Below the pieces are notes generated by a model, which was not told where the DNA came from, made no database searches, and saw only the letters and a program-made list of their open reading frames with translations. Position numbers and translations under genes: made by a program. Shown one piece after another: positions 38,624 to 47,495 of a stretch of DNA of 64,000 nucleotides (its first letter is position 1; every line of letters starts with the position of its first letter). The stretch comes from Gemmatimonadales bacterium (GTDB lineage Bacteria > Gemmatimonadota > Gemmatimonadetes > Gemmatimonadales > GWC2-71-9). The stretch covers positions 68,795 to 132,794 of the forward strand of contig JAWOLH010000014.1 in NCBI GenBank assembly GCA_033853695.1. The letters are read 5' to 3'.

Positions 38624-40743
38624 CAGAAGGCCTGCCCGATCGCGAACTGCACGAGCAATCGCTTGAGGAAGGTGCGGGGACGCGGCTGTTGGAACGCGGG
38701 ACGCACCTTCGTGAGATTGGTGCTGTCGCTCACCCACAGCACGCCGCTCTCGGGCGCGTAGCCGTTATACGCCACATCCACTCGCACCGGGCCAAGCGGC
38801 GTCAAAATGCGGAACCCCGCACCCGGCGTCACGCGCAGCGACTTGAGAGACAGGAGATCGCGCTGCCGCACGTACACTTCCCCGAAGTCGACGAAGGTCG
38901 CGAGTTGCAGCCGATCGGGGAGGACCGGCGCCGGCACCCGGAGCTCCAGATTCCCGACCACGACCGCGTTGCCACCCGTGGGAGAGGTCTGCACCTTCGT
39001 GAACGTGGTATCCCCTCCGGAGACGTGGACATCGGAGATATTCACGACGTACACGCGCGGCCCCAGCTCGTTGGCCCGGTAGCCGCGCACCGAGTTCGGC
39101 CCACCCGCATAGAATCGCTGGTCGGGGGGCACGAATTGCTGCGTGCTGTCCACCCCTTTCACGGTGATGAGCCCGGGAAATACTCCGCCGACGTGCACCC
39201 GCCACCCGAACGTCCCGCGCCGCCCGATCGGCACGAACCGGGCCAGCTCGAGCTCGCCGCGGTTGAACTCGTAGAGGGAAGACGAGCCGAGCAATCGTGA
39301 CGAGTGCAGCACGGTGACCGCGACGTGCCCACCCGATGTCGGATCGAGGGGGTTGTTCTCGGTGCGCTCCCCGGCCGCGACGCCAAGCGAGGCGAAGGGT
39401 CGGCGCGTATTCAGGAACCGCTGCGTGCTGTCGTCGCACACGCTGAACACGCTGCAGAACACGGCGGGGTTGGCATCGGTGCGGCCCACGGAATAGGTAT
39501 ACGTGAGGCCGACCGGCACCCGGCGGCGCGCGTTGAACGTCACGCCGAATGTCGCGCCGATCTGCGTGCGGGTGAAGGTTTCGACCTCCGAATGCCGCTC
39601 GGTGAACACCGCCACGCTCGCCGTGTGGCTGGGGCTCAGGAAGGCCGGCTGGAAGAGGGTGAGGGCGACGTTGTAGTTCAGGGTATCGGAGAAGCGGTCG
39701 TCCTTGATCGCGCCGCACAGGTTGTCGCGGACGAAGCCCGAACCGAGCGGCGCACCGACGCCGAGCTTGGAGACGCGGAGACTCAGGTCGAGCACCCGGG
39801 CGTTGCCGAGAAACCCGAATGCCGACCACCCGGTCTGCGCGCGGAAGCAGTCCAAGGTCCCGTACCCGCCGGCGAACCGGATCCGATGGCGCGGCCCCTC
39901 CGCGACGTTCACGAGGACATCGGCCAGGGAGTCTCCCGCCTCGGGCGGCACGCTGTCGGCGAGCGTCACGATCGCCGAGCGAAAGACGCCGCTGCTGTAG
40001 AGATCGCGCTGGCTGCGGTAGAGCAGGTCTTCGTGATACTGATCGCCCGGCTTGATCGACAACGTGTGCAGGACCGTCGCCGTATCGACCCGCTTGAGCC
40101 CCTGGATCTCGATCCGGCCGATCCACATGCGTCGGCCGGGGACGGCGTCGAACCGCAACGCCGCCGTATCCGCCCCCACGTCGGAGTCGAAGTTGCGCAA
40201 CACCTGCTCGTAGGGATAGCTGCGGTTGCGGAGCCACGCGCCGATCGTGTCCGCGGAGGCCTGAAACAGGAGACGATTGAACGGGTCGCCGACCTTCAGT
40301 GGCAGCGCGCGGCGCAGCCGCTCGGGATCGATGATCCCGTCCATCCCTGTAATCTCGAGCCGGCGCACGCGGACCGGCTCCCCTTCGTAGATCCGGAACT
40401 CCACGTAGGCATCGTGGGCCGTGCGCCGTACCGCGGTGTCCACGACGGCATGCATGTATCCGCTTTGCCGATAGAAGAGGATGAGGCGCACCACGTCCCG
40501 CTGAAACTCCACTTCATCGAAATAGCGTTTCGCCCCGAGTCCGAGCCAGCGCAACCACCACGCGGTGGCGAAATAGCTCGAATTGGACGTCGCGATGACG
40601 GTCTTCAGGGTATAGTCATCGATCGACCGGTTGCCCACGAACGTCAGCCCGCGGACCACTCGCTCTGCCTCTTGCTGCGCGGTGAGCGGGCGGGCCGCCA
40701 GCGCGCATAGAGCGCCGAGGGCGAGGGCATGGGCGAAACGCAA
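38623..40743 (-). CDS. Omp85-family outer membrane protein with POTRA domains (TamA/BamA-like)
   Basis: TTG 40743 gives signal peptide '(M)RFAHALALGALCALAARPLTAQQ'. POTRA 'VVRGLTFVGNRSIDDYTLKTVI'. Barrel ends '...LLVQFAIGQAF' with terminal Phe. ATG 40857 is an alternative but would overlap the divergent gene. Confidence 0.8.
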   Translation of the reverse strand: MRFAHALALGALCALAARPLTAQQEAERVVRGLTFVGNRSIDDYTLKTVIATSNSSYFATAWWLRWLGLGAKRYFDEVEFQRDVVRLILFYRQSGYMHAVVDTAVRRTAHDAYVEFRIYEGEPVRVRRLEITGMDGIIDPERLRRALPLKVGDPFNRLLFQASADTIGAWLRNRSYPYEQVLRNFDSDVGADTAALRFDAVPGRRMWIGRIEIQGLKRVDTATVLHTLSIKPGDQYHEDLLYRSQRDLYSSGVFRSAIVTLADSVPPEAGDSLADVLVNVAEGPRHRIRFAGGYGTLDCFRAQTGWSAFGFLGNARVLDLSLRVSKLGVGAPLGSGFVRDNLCGAIKDDRFSDTLNYNVALTLFQPAFLSPSHTASVAVFTERHSEVETFTRTQIGATFGVTFNARRRVPVGLTYTYSVGRTDANPAVFCSVFSVCDDSTQRFLNTRRPFASLGVAAGERTENNPLDPTSGGHVAVTVLHSSRLLGSSSLYEFNRGELELARFVPIGRRGTFGWRVHVGGVFPGLITVKGVDSTQQFVPPDQRFYAGGPNSVRGYRANELGPRVYVVNISDVHVSGGDTTFTKVQTSPTGGNAVVVGNLELRVPAPVLPDRLQLATFVDFGEVYVRQRDLLSLKSLRVTPGAGFRILTPLGPVRVDVAYNGYAPESGVLWVSDSTNLTKVRPAFQQPRPRTFLKRLLVQFAIGQAF

Positions 40744-40814
40744 TTGACGCTGTGTTTTGGGCTCCGTATGTTGGCCGGCCACCACCCTGACTGTCAACCT
40801 TTTCGACACCGGAC

Positions 40815-42371
40815 TTGATGCCCCGGTTCCGCCACTTCCTGTCAGTCCTGCCGGCACTCGTCGCCTGCAGAGGAGAGCCTCAGGCGGCGCATGCGCCGCT
40901 CGTCTACTACGAAAGTTACGACCCGCGCTCGCTCGACCCGGCGCTCTCGACCGATGTGCCGACGGGCGAAATGGTGACGCTCGCCTACGATGGACTCACC
41001 CGTTTCGACGTGAACGGCCGCCTGCAACCGGCGTTGGCCGATCGCTGGACGACCGACGCGCGCGGGCTGCGCTACGTCTTTCACCTCCGTGCAGGCGCGC
41101 GCTTCGCCGACGGCACCCCGCTCACCCCGGCCGCTGTTCGGACGAGCTTCCTGCGCGTGCTCGACCCCAAATCCACCGGCGGCAGAGCCTGGCCCTTACT
41201 GCCCATCCGCGGAGCCGGCGCATACGCCGCCGGGACGGCGCAGGACGTGCCGGGCATAGAGCCGCTGGGCGACTCGGCGGTCGCCCTGACCCTTGAGCAG
41301 CCCCTCGCCGTGTTTCCCAAGTTCCTCGCGATGCCGGTGGCGTCGATCGTCGCACCCCGCTCGGGGGAGCGGGGGGAGCGCGACGTGACGACGATCGGCA
41401 CGGGGCCCTGGCGGTTCGTGAGCTGGGCGCACGACGACGCGCTGCGATTCGACAGAAACCCGGGATACTGGGACGGGCCAGCCCTGGCCGACTCCCTCGT
41501 CGTCCGGATCATCCCGGACCAGCTGGTCCGCGCCGCCGAGCTGGAATCCGGACGCCTCGACGTCGTCGAAGTCCCCTTCGGCGAGACCGCGGCGTGGCGC
41601 TCCCGCCATGCGGCGTGGCTGCAGGAGAAGCCCGCGTTACGCGACGTGTACATCGCGCTCAACAATCGCCGGGGCCCGCTGCGTGATGTGCGTGTCCGGC
41701 AAGCGATCAACTACGCCGTCAACGTCAACCAGATCCTGTCGACCGTCTACGGTGGCCGGGGCATCCTGGCCCGCGGTGCGATCCCACCGAGCCTCGGCGG
41801 GGGGGACACCACGCGCGAGGCCTATTCGTACGATCCCGGGCGGGCGAAACAGCTCCTCGCCGCGGCCGGCTTCCCGGGAGGCGTGTCGCTCGAGCTGTGG
41901 CGCGCGGCGGACAACGAGACGCTCGGCCGCGTGGCCCAGGCGATCCAGTCGGACCTGGAGCAGGTCGGGATTCGGGTCACCATCGTCGCCCGCGATGCCT
42001 CCAGCCAGCGGGCGGCGGCGCGCGCCGGCAACGCCGACATGGCGATCCTCGATTGGTGGGCCGACTACCCCGACGGCGACGACTTTCTCTTTCCCCTGTT
42101 CTCCAGCACGAGCTTCGGTGCCGGCGGGAACTACTCCTTCTATTCGGATCCCGCGACCGACTCGCTGCTCCTCGTAGCGCGTCGCACCCAGGACGACGCG
42201 GCCCGGGAGCGGCTATACCGCACGATCGACGACCGGGTGTACCGCGCGGCGCCGTGGCTCTATCTCTGGTTCCCGGTGGATCTGTGGGCCGAGTCGCCGC
42301 GGATCACCGGATGGGAGCTGCCCGTCATTTTCAACGGGCAGCGCTGGACCGGCGTGCGACGGACACCGTGA
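40815..42371 (+). CDS. ABC transporter substrate-binding lipoprotein, family 5 (peptide/nickel, DppA/OppA-like)
   Basis: Lipobox 'LPALVAC'. 'YDPRSLDPA', 'LTRFDVNGRLQPALADRWTTDARGLRYVFHLRAGARFADGTPLT', 'RQAINYAVN'. Confidence 0.85.
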   Translation: MMPRFRHFLSVLPALVACRGEPQAAHAPLVYYESYDPRSLDPALSTDVPTGEMVTLAYDGLTRFDVNGRLQPALADRWTTDARGLRYVFHLRAGARFADGTPLTPAAVRTSFLRVLDPKSTGGRAWPLLPIRGAGAYAAGTAQDVPGIEPLGDSAVALTLEQPLAVFPKFLAMPVASIVAPRSGERGERDVTTIGTGPWRFVSWAHDDALRFDRNPGYWDGPALADSLVVRIIPDQLVRAAELESGRLDVVEVPFGETAAWRSRHAAWLQEKPALRDVYIALNNRRGPLRDVRVRQAINYAVNVNQILSTVYGGRGILARGAIPPSLGGGDTTREAYSYDPGRAKQLLAAAGFPGGVSLELWRAADNETLGRVAQAIQSDLEQVGIRVTIVARDASSQRAAARAGNADMAILDWWADYPDGDDFLFPLFSSTSFGAGGNYSFYSDPATDSLLLVARRTQDDAARERLYRTIDDRVYRAAPWLYLWFPVDLWAESPRITGWELPVIFNGQRWTGVRRTP

Positions 42372-43288
42372 GACGAGCACTGTGGCGCCGGCTCGCGTTG
42401 CTCGTGCCGACGCTGATCGGCGTCCTGGTGGCGGCATTTCTCCTCCTCGACGTGGCACCGGGTGACCCGGTCCAGGCGATGGTGGGAGAACGCGCCGACT
42501 CCGCCACCATCGCCCGGCTACGCGCGGAGCTCCACCTCGACGATCCTCTCCCCGCCCGATTCGGGCGCTACGTCGTGGGCCTGCTGCACGGCGACTTCGG
42601 CCGCTCCTACATCACGGGGCGCCCGATCGCGGAGGATCTCGCGGAGCGGTTCCCCAAGACCGCCCAGCTCGCCCTCGCCGCGATGAGCTTCGCGGCCACC
42701 GTCGGCATCACGCTCGGCGTCGTCGCGGCCGTGCGACCCGGCGGCTGGGCCGATCGCCTCGCCCGGCTCGCCGCCTATCTTGGAGTTTCGTTTCCGGTAT
42801 ACTGGGTCGGGCTGCTGCTCGTCCTGCTGTTCGCCGTCACGTTGCGCTGGCTGCCGCCGTCGGGCTCGGGCGGGCTGGCCTACCTCATTCTCCCCGCGGC
42901 GACGCTCGGCATGCGGTCGGTCGCCGTGCTCGCCCGGATGACACGCGGCGCGATGCGAGAGGCCTTGTCCAGCGACTTCATCCGGACGGCGCGCGCCAAG
43001 GGAGCCGCGGAGCGCGTGGTGGTGTTGCATCACGCACTGCGCAATGCCTTGATCCCGGTGATCACGGTGCTGGCGCTCGACACCGGGAATTATCTCACCG
43101 GGAGCCTGTTGACCGAGTCGATCTTCGCGTGGCCGGGGTTGGGGCGGTACGTCCTGACGGCGATCGAAAAGCGCGATCTCCCGGCGGTCCAGGGCGCCAT
43201 CCTGCTCATGTCGGTGCTGTTCGTCCTCGTCAACTTTTTCGCGGACCTGCTGTATGCGAAAGCTGATCCTCGCATCGCTGACGATTAG
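42368..43288 (+). CDS. ABC transporter permease (DppB/OppB-like)
   Basis: GTG overlaps the SBP stop (GTGA). 'LLDVAPGDPV', 'HLDDPL', EAA-type loop 'SDFIRTARAKGAAERVVVLHHALRNALIPV'. Confidence 0.85.
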   Translation: MRRALWRRLALLVPTLIGVLVAAFLLLDVAPGDPVQAMVGERADSATIARLRAELHLDDPLPARFGRYVVGLLHGDFGRSYITGRPIAEDLAERFPKTAQLALAAMSFAATVGITLGVVAAVRPGGWADRLARLAAYLGVSFPVYWVGLLLVLLFAVTLRWLPPSGSGGLAYLILPAATLGMRSVAVLARMTRGAMREALSSDFIRTARAKGAAERVVVLHHALRNALIPVITVLALDTGNYLTGSLLTESIFAWPGLGRYVLTAIEKRDLPAVQGAILLMSVLFVLVNFFADLLYAKADPRIADD

Positions 43289-44774
43289 CGGCGCCGTCCT
43301 TGCCCCGCTCGAGACCGCCACCGCCCAGACGGCCTCACGGCCACGGCGCGGCTCGCTCGAGCGCCGGCTCGACGCGCTGCTCGATCAGCGCCCCTTCGAC
43401 CGGGTGACGTGGGGGGTGTTCGTACAGGATGACCGCGGACGGGTGCTGTACCAGCGGAACGGGGACCGCCTGTTCGTGCCCGCGAGCAACACCAAGCTCG
43501 TCGTCGCCGCGACGGCGGCGGCCCTCTTGCCGCCGGACTATCGCGTACACACGAGCGTGTACATCAACGGCACATTGCGAGACGGCGTCGTCGACGGTGA
43601 CCTCGTGCTCTACGGCCGGGGCGACCCGACCTTCTCGGAGCGCTGCTTCGGGATCGACACGCTGGCGCCGGGCGCCTGCGATTCCACGTTCACGGCGATG
43701 GACGCCATCGCCGACTCCCTCGTCGCGCGCGGCGTGCGGCGCGTCACCGGCCGCCTCATCGGCGACGGGAGTTACTTCGAGCCGCAGATCGTGCATCCCG
43801 CGTGGAACGTGTTCGACCTCAACTGGTGGTACGCCGCCCCCGTCTCGGGGCTCGGGTTTCACGACAACAGCGTCGATTTCCGCATCACGCCGTCGGATAC
43901 GGTCGGCCGGCCGCCGACGATCACGTGGAGTCCCGAGCTGGGGCTTTTCACCTTCGAGAACCGGGCGCGAACCGGACCGTCCGACTCGGAGTCGACGATC
44001 GGCGACAACTTCTTCCGCAAACCGGGGACGATGGACATCTGGGCCGAGGGGACGGCGACGCGGGGCCGCTCCCCCTGGGTGGAGAGCTTCGCGCTCCCCG
44101 ACCCAAACCTGTACGCGGCGCGCGCCCTCGCACACTCCCTCCAGGCGCGCGGGGTCGCCATCCTCGGGGGGACGGCGAGCACCGTCGACTCGCTCGACCA
44201 GCGGGCCGCGCGCTGCTGCGGGCTGCCACTCGTGGAGTACCGCGGCCGTCCGCTCGCCGACATTCTGTTCCCGATCCTCAATTCCAGCCAGAACTGGTTC
44301 GGCGAAATGCTGCTGAAGATCGTGGGGCGGGAACTGGGGGGCGCAGGCTCCTGGGAAGCGGGACTGGACGTCGAGCGTCATTTCCTCGTCGACTCGGTGC
44401 ACGTCGACTCGACCGCGTTCTCGCTCGAGGACGGCTCGGGACTCTCCGCCGGGAATCTCGTGTCGCCCCACGCGTTCGTGCAGCTGCTCACCTACATGTA
44501 CGCGCACCCGAAGCGCGCGCCGTTTCTGGCCGCGCTGCCCCGCTCCGGGAGTCCGGGCTCGCTCCTGCACCGCTTCGTCGGGACGCCGCTCGAAGGGCAC
44601 GTGCTCGCCAAGACGGGGAGCATCGACCGCGTGAACAGCCTCTCGGGGTACGTCGAGCGGCCGGACGGCCATCCGCTGACGTTCAGCATCGAGGCGAATG
44701 CCCACGCCATCAGCAGCCGCGCGATGCTCGCGCAGATCGACTCGATCGTCGCGGAGATCGGCAGAACCCGGTGA
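43254..44774 (+). CDS. dacB: D-alanyl-D-alanine carboxypeptidase/endopeptidase, PBP4 (S13) family
   Basis: Signal peptide 'MRKLILASLTISGAVLAPLETATAQ'. SxxK 'PASNTK', 'DGSGLS', KTG 'LAKTGS'. Confidence 0.85.
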   Translation: MRKLILASLTISGAVLAPLETATAQTASRPRRGSLERRLDALLDQRPFDRVTWGVFVQDDRGRVLYQRNGDRLFVPASNTKLVVAATAAALLPPDYRVHTSVYINGTLRDGVVDGDLVLYGRGDPTFSERCFGIDTLAPGACDSTFTAMDAIADSLVARGVRRVTGRLIGDGSYFEPQIVHPAWNVFDLNWWYAAPVSGLGFHDNSVDFRITPSDTVGRPPTITWSPELGLFTFENRARTGPSDSESTIGDNFFRKPGTMDIWAEGTATRGRSPWVESFALPDPNLYAARALAHSLQARGVAILGGTASTVDSLDQRAARCCGLPLVEYRGRPLADILFPILNSSQNWFGEMLLKIVGRELGGAGSWEAGLDVERHFLVDSVHVDSTAFSLEDGSGLSAGNLVSPHAFVQLLTYMYAHPKRAPFLAALPRSGSPGSLLHRFVGTPLEGHVLAKTGSIDRVNSLSGYVERPDGHPLTFSIEANAHAISSRAMLAQIDSIVAEIGRTR

Positions 44775-45874
44775 CCGCGAGTCTGGACGAGCTGCGAGCG
44801 CGCATCGCGGCGGTCGACGCCTCCCTCATCGAGCTCGTGGCGACCCGGCTCGCGCTGGCCCGCGACGTCGGTGACGCCAAACGGGCCGCGGGCCTTCCCG
44901 TCCGCAATTACGCGACGGAGTCGGAGGTCCTCGCGCGCTTCCACGCCCTCGCCGCACAGGCCGGCCTCGACGACCGCCTGGTCGAGCGGTTCGGCCAGCT
45001 GCTGATCGGGGAGGCGGTCCGCACGCAGGAATCGGATCTCGCGACCGGCGGCGCGCCGGGGCGCCGCATCCTGCTGGTCGGCGGAGCCGGCAAGATCGGC
45101 CGCTGGCTCGCCGATTTCTTCGCCAGCCAGGGCCACGGCGTCACGACGCTCGACCCTGCCGGCCCGGTGCCGGGATTCCCCTCCGCCACCGAGCTCCCGG
45201 GAGCCGTCCAGGCCGCCGACGCGTGTATCGTCACCACGCCCCTCGCCGTCGGCCGCGACGTCCTGGGCCGGATCCTCGAGCTCGAGCCCGAGGCCCTGGT
45301 CGCCGATGCGTTCAGCTTGAAGAGTCACGTCCTCGACCTGCTCGAGGGAGCCGGGCGACGCGGACTACGGGTGGCCAGCCTCCACCCGCTGTTCGGTCCG
45401 GGCGCCCGGACGCTCGCCGGCCGCGTGATGGCCGTGTGCGACTGCGGCAACCCCCAGGCCGCCGACGAGGCCGCGGCCCTCTTCGCCGACACGGCATTGA
45501 CCATCACCCGCCTGCCGGTGGCGCAGCACGACGAGCTGATGCAGTACGTCCTCGGCTTGAGCCATCTCGTGGCCATTCTCTTCTTCACGACGCTCGCCAG
45601 GAGCGGCCGTTCGTACGCGGACCTCTCGCAGGTGGCCAGCACGACGTATTTGAAGGAGGTGCGCACCGCGGCGGAGGTCTCCCGCGAGAGTCCGGGACTG
45701 TACTACGAGATCCAGCGCCTCAACCGCCACTCGGGAGAGTTGTTCGCGCTGGTCCGCGGCTGTCTCGCCGAGATCGAGGGCGCAGCGCTCGCCGACAACC
45801 CCGCGGCGTTCGCCGAGCTGATGCGGGCCGGGCGGGCTTTCTTCCCCGAGTCCCTCCCCGCTGACCTGGGTTGA
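44771..45874 (+). CDS. tyrA: Bifunctional chorismate mutase / prephenate dehydrogenase (TyrA-like)
   Basis: GTG overlaps the dacB stop. CM helix 'LDELRARIAAVDASLIELVATRLALARDVGDAK'. Rossmann 'ILLVGGAGKIGRW'. 'SLHPLFGP', 'HDELMQYVLGLSH'. Confidence 0.8.
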   Translation: MTASLDELRARIAAVDASLIELVATRLALARDVGDAKRAAGLPVRNYATESEVLARFHALAAQAGLDDRLVERFGQLLIGEAVRTQESDLATGGAPGRRILLVGGAGKIGRWLADFFASQGHGVTTLDPAGPVPGFPSATELPGAVQAADACIVTTPLAVGRDVLGRILELEPEALVADAFSLKSHVLDLLEGAGRRGLRVASLHPLFGPGARTLAGRVMAVCDCGNPQAADEAAALFADTALTITRLPVAQHDELMQYVLGLSHLVAILFFTTLARSGRSYADLSQVASTTYLKEVRTAAEVSRESPGLYYEIQRLNRHSGELFALVRGCLAEIEGAALADNPAAFAELMRAGRAFFPESLPADLG

Positions 45875-45879
45875 AGCGG

Positions 45880-46902
45880 TCAGTCGGGCGACTGGCCGAA
45901 CAACGCCATGTTGCTGGAGTGCCCCGGCTCGAACTTCGCGGTCGGGTTGAGGAGGTGCACGGCGTGGTTCACGGCAATGCACGCCTCGGCCACGGCGGTC
46001 GCGATCAGCTTCAGTTTGCCGGGGTAGATCGTGATATCGCCCGCCGCGTAGATGCCGGGGCGGTTGGTTTCCATCGTCTGCGACACGCGGATATCGCCCT
46101 TCTCGATCTCCAGCCCCCACTCCGCGATCGCGCCGAGGGAAGAGACGAAGCCGAGCTGCGGGAGCACGCAGTCGATCGGCAGCGTCTCTTCTTCTTTTGT
46201 CTTGCTGTTGAAGATCGTGACGCGCTCGATCTGGTCGCCGCCGTGGATCGCCCGCAGCTCCCAGAACGTCCGCAGCTCCATCTTCCCCGCCGCCGCGAGC
46301 CGTTGCACCTGCTCGACCGTCGCCTGATGCGCGCGGAACCCGTCGCGCCGGTGAATCATCAGGATCGAAGCGGCAACACCCTGCAGGTTGACCGCCCAGT
46401 CGAACGCCGAATCTCCGCCGCCCACGATCAGCGTTCGTTTTCCGCGAAACACCTGCGGATCGAGCACGCGATCGTAGAGCCCCCGTCCCAGCCAGTGGTC
46501 TGCGTCCTTCAGCGCCAGCTTGCGCGGGGTGAAGGCGCCGATCCCCCCGGCGATGAGGACCGCGCGCGAGGGGTATTCGTCCCGGTCGGTGACGACGACG
46601 AACCGCGCCGTGCCGCCCTTCAGCTCCTCGCGCAATCCCACCACCTTTTCGCCGAGGTGGACCGGCGCGTTCCACTGCAACCCCTGCTCCGCCATCCCTT
46701 TGACGAGATCCTTGGCCAGAATCTTGGGGAAGCCCGCCACATCGAAGATGTATTTCTCGGGATAGAGCGCGGTCAACTGCCCGCCGAGCTGGTCGAGGTT
46801 GTCGATCAGACGGTGCGACGTCCCCCGCATGCCGGCGTAGAATGCGGCGAACAGTCCGGTCGGGCCGGCCCCGATGATGGTGATATCTTTGAGGTCCTGC
46901 AT
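45880..46902 (-). CDS. Ferredoxin-NADP+ reductase, thioredoxin-reductase-like type
   Basis: ATG 46902. 'ITIIGAGPTGLFAAFYAG', 'LIVGGGDSAFDWA', 'IYAAGDI'. No CxxC redox pair, consistent with TrxR-like FNR. Confidence 0.75.
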   Translation of the reverse strand: MQDLKDITIIGAGPTGLFAAFYAGMRGTSHRLIDNLDQLGGQLTALYPEKYIFDVAGFPKILAKDLVKGMAEQGLQWNAPVHLGEKVVGLREELKGGTARFVVVTDRDEYPSRAVLIAGGIGAFTPRKLALKDADHWLGRGLYDRVLDPQVFRGKRTLIVGGGDSAFDWAVNLQGVAASILMIHRRDGFRAHQATVEQVQRLAAAGKMELRTFWELRAIHGGDQIERVTIFNSKTKEEETLPIDCVLPQLGFVSSLGAIAEWGLEIEKGDIRVSQTMETNRPGIYAAGDITIYPGKLKLIATAVAEACIAVNHAVHLLNPTAKFEPGHSSNMALFGQSPD

Positions 46903-46949
46903 GGCGCCAATCGTAACGGAACCATGAAGGAGTGGCGAGTGGGGTCGCA

Positions 46950-47495
46950 ATGAAGATCTACACCAAGACGGGGGACGCCGGGGAAACGGGCCTGTTCGGC
47001 GGAGAACGCGTCCCCAAGAATCACCCCCGCGTCGCCGCGTACGGCGACGTGGACGAGCTGAACGCGGCAATCGGCATGGCGCGCGCGCTCGAGCCGCGTG
47101 ATTTCGAGGACGCACTCCTCCAGGCGATCCAGCGCGACCTCTTCGCTATCGGCGCGGTCCTCGCGACGCCGGATCCAGCGCGTCTGATCAAGGCGCTGGG
47201 CGGGCCCGGGATCGCCGATCCCGCCGTGGCGCAGCTCGAGGGCGCCATCGACCGGCTCGAAGCCACCCTCCCGTCCCTCCAGAGCTTCATCCTTCCCGGC
47301 GGGGCGCCGAAGGGCGCGGCGCTGCACGTGGCACGGACCGTGTGCCGTCGCGCGGAGCGGTCCATCGTCGGCCTCGGGCGCGGCGCCGCCGTGTCGCCGG
47401 TCATCGGGCGCTACCTGAACCGGCTCTCCGATTTGCTGTTCGTACTCGCCCGGGCCGCGAACCAGCGGGCAGGCGCGGGCGATATCCCGTGGTGA
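46950..47495 (+). CDS. ATP:cob(I)alamin adenosyltransferase, PduO type
   Basis: Canonical N-terminus 'MKIYTKTGDAGETGLFGGERV', 'YGDVDELNAAIG', 'FILPGG'. Confidence 0.85.
   Translation: MKIYTKTGDAGETGLFGGERVPKNHPRVAAYGDVDELNAAIGMARALEPRDFEDALLQAIQRDLFAIGAVLATPDPARLIKALGGPGIADPAVAQLEGAIDRLEATLPSLQSFILPGGAPKGAALHVARTVCRRAERSIVGLGRGAAVSPVIGRYLNRLSDLLFVLARAANQRAGAGDIPW

Noticed and set aside
46924-46953. 9-codon upstream ORF (MKEWRVGSQ) whose TGA overlaps the ATG of the PduO-type adenosyltransferase
   Set aside because: It has no Shine-Dalgarno sequence of its own, is very short and cannot be evaluated without comparative or ribosome-profiling data. It is probably fortuitous.
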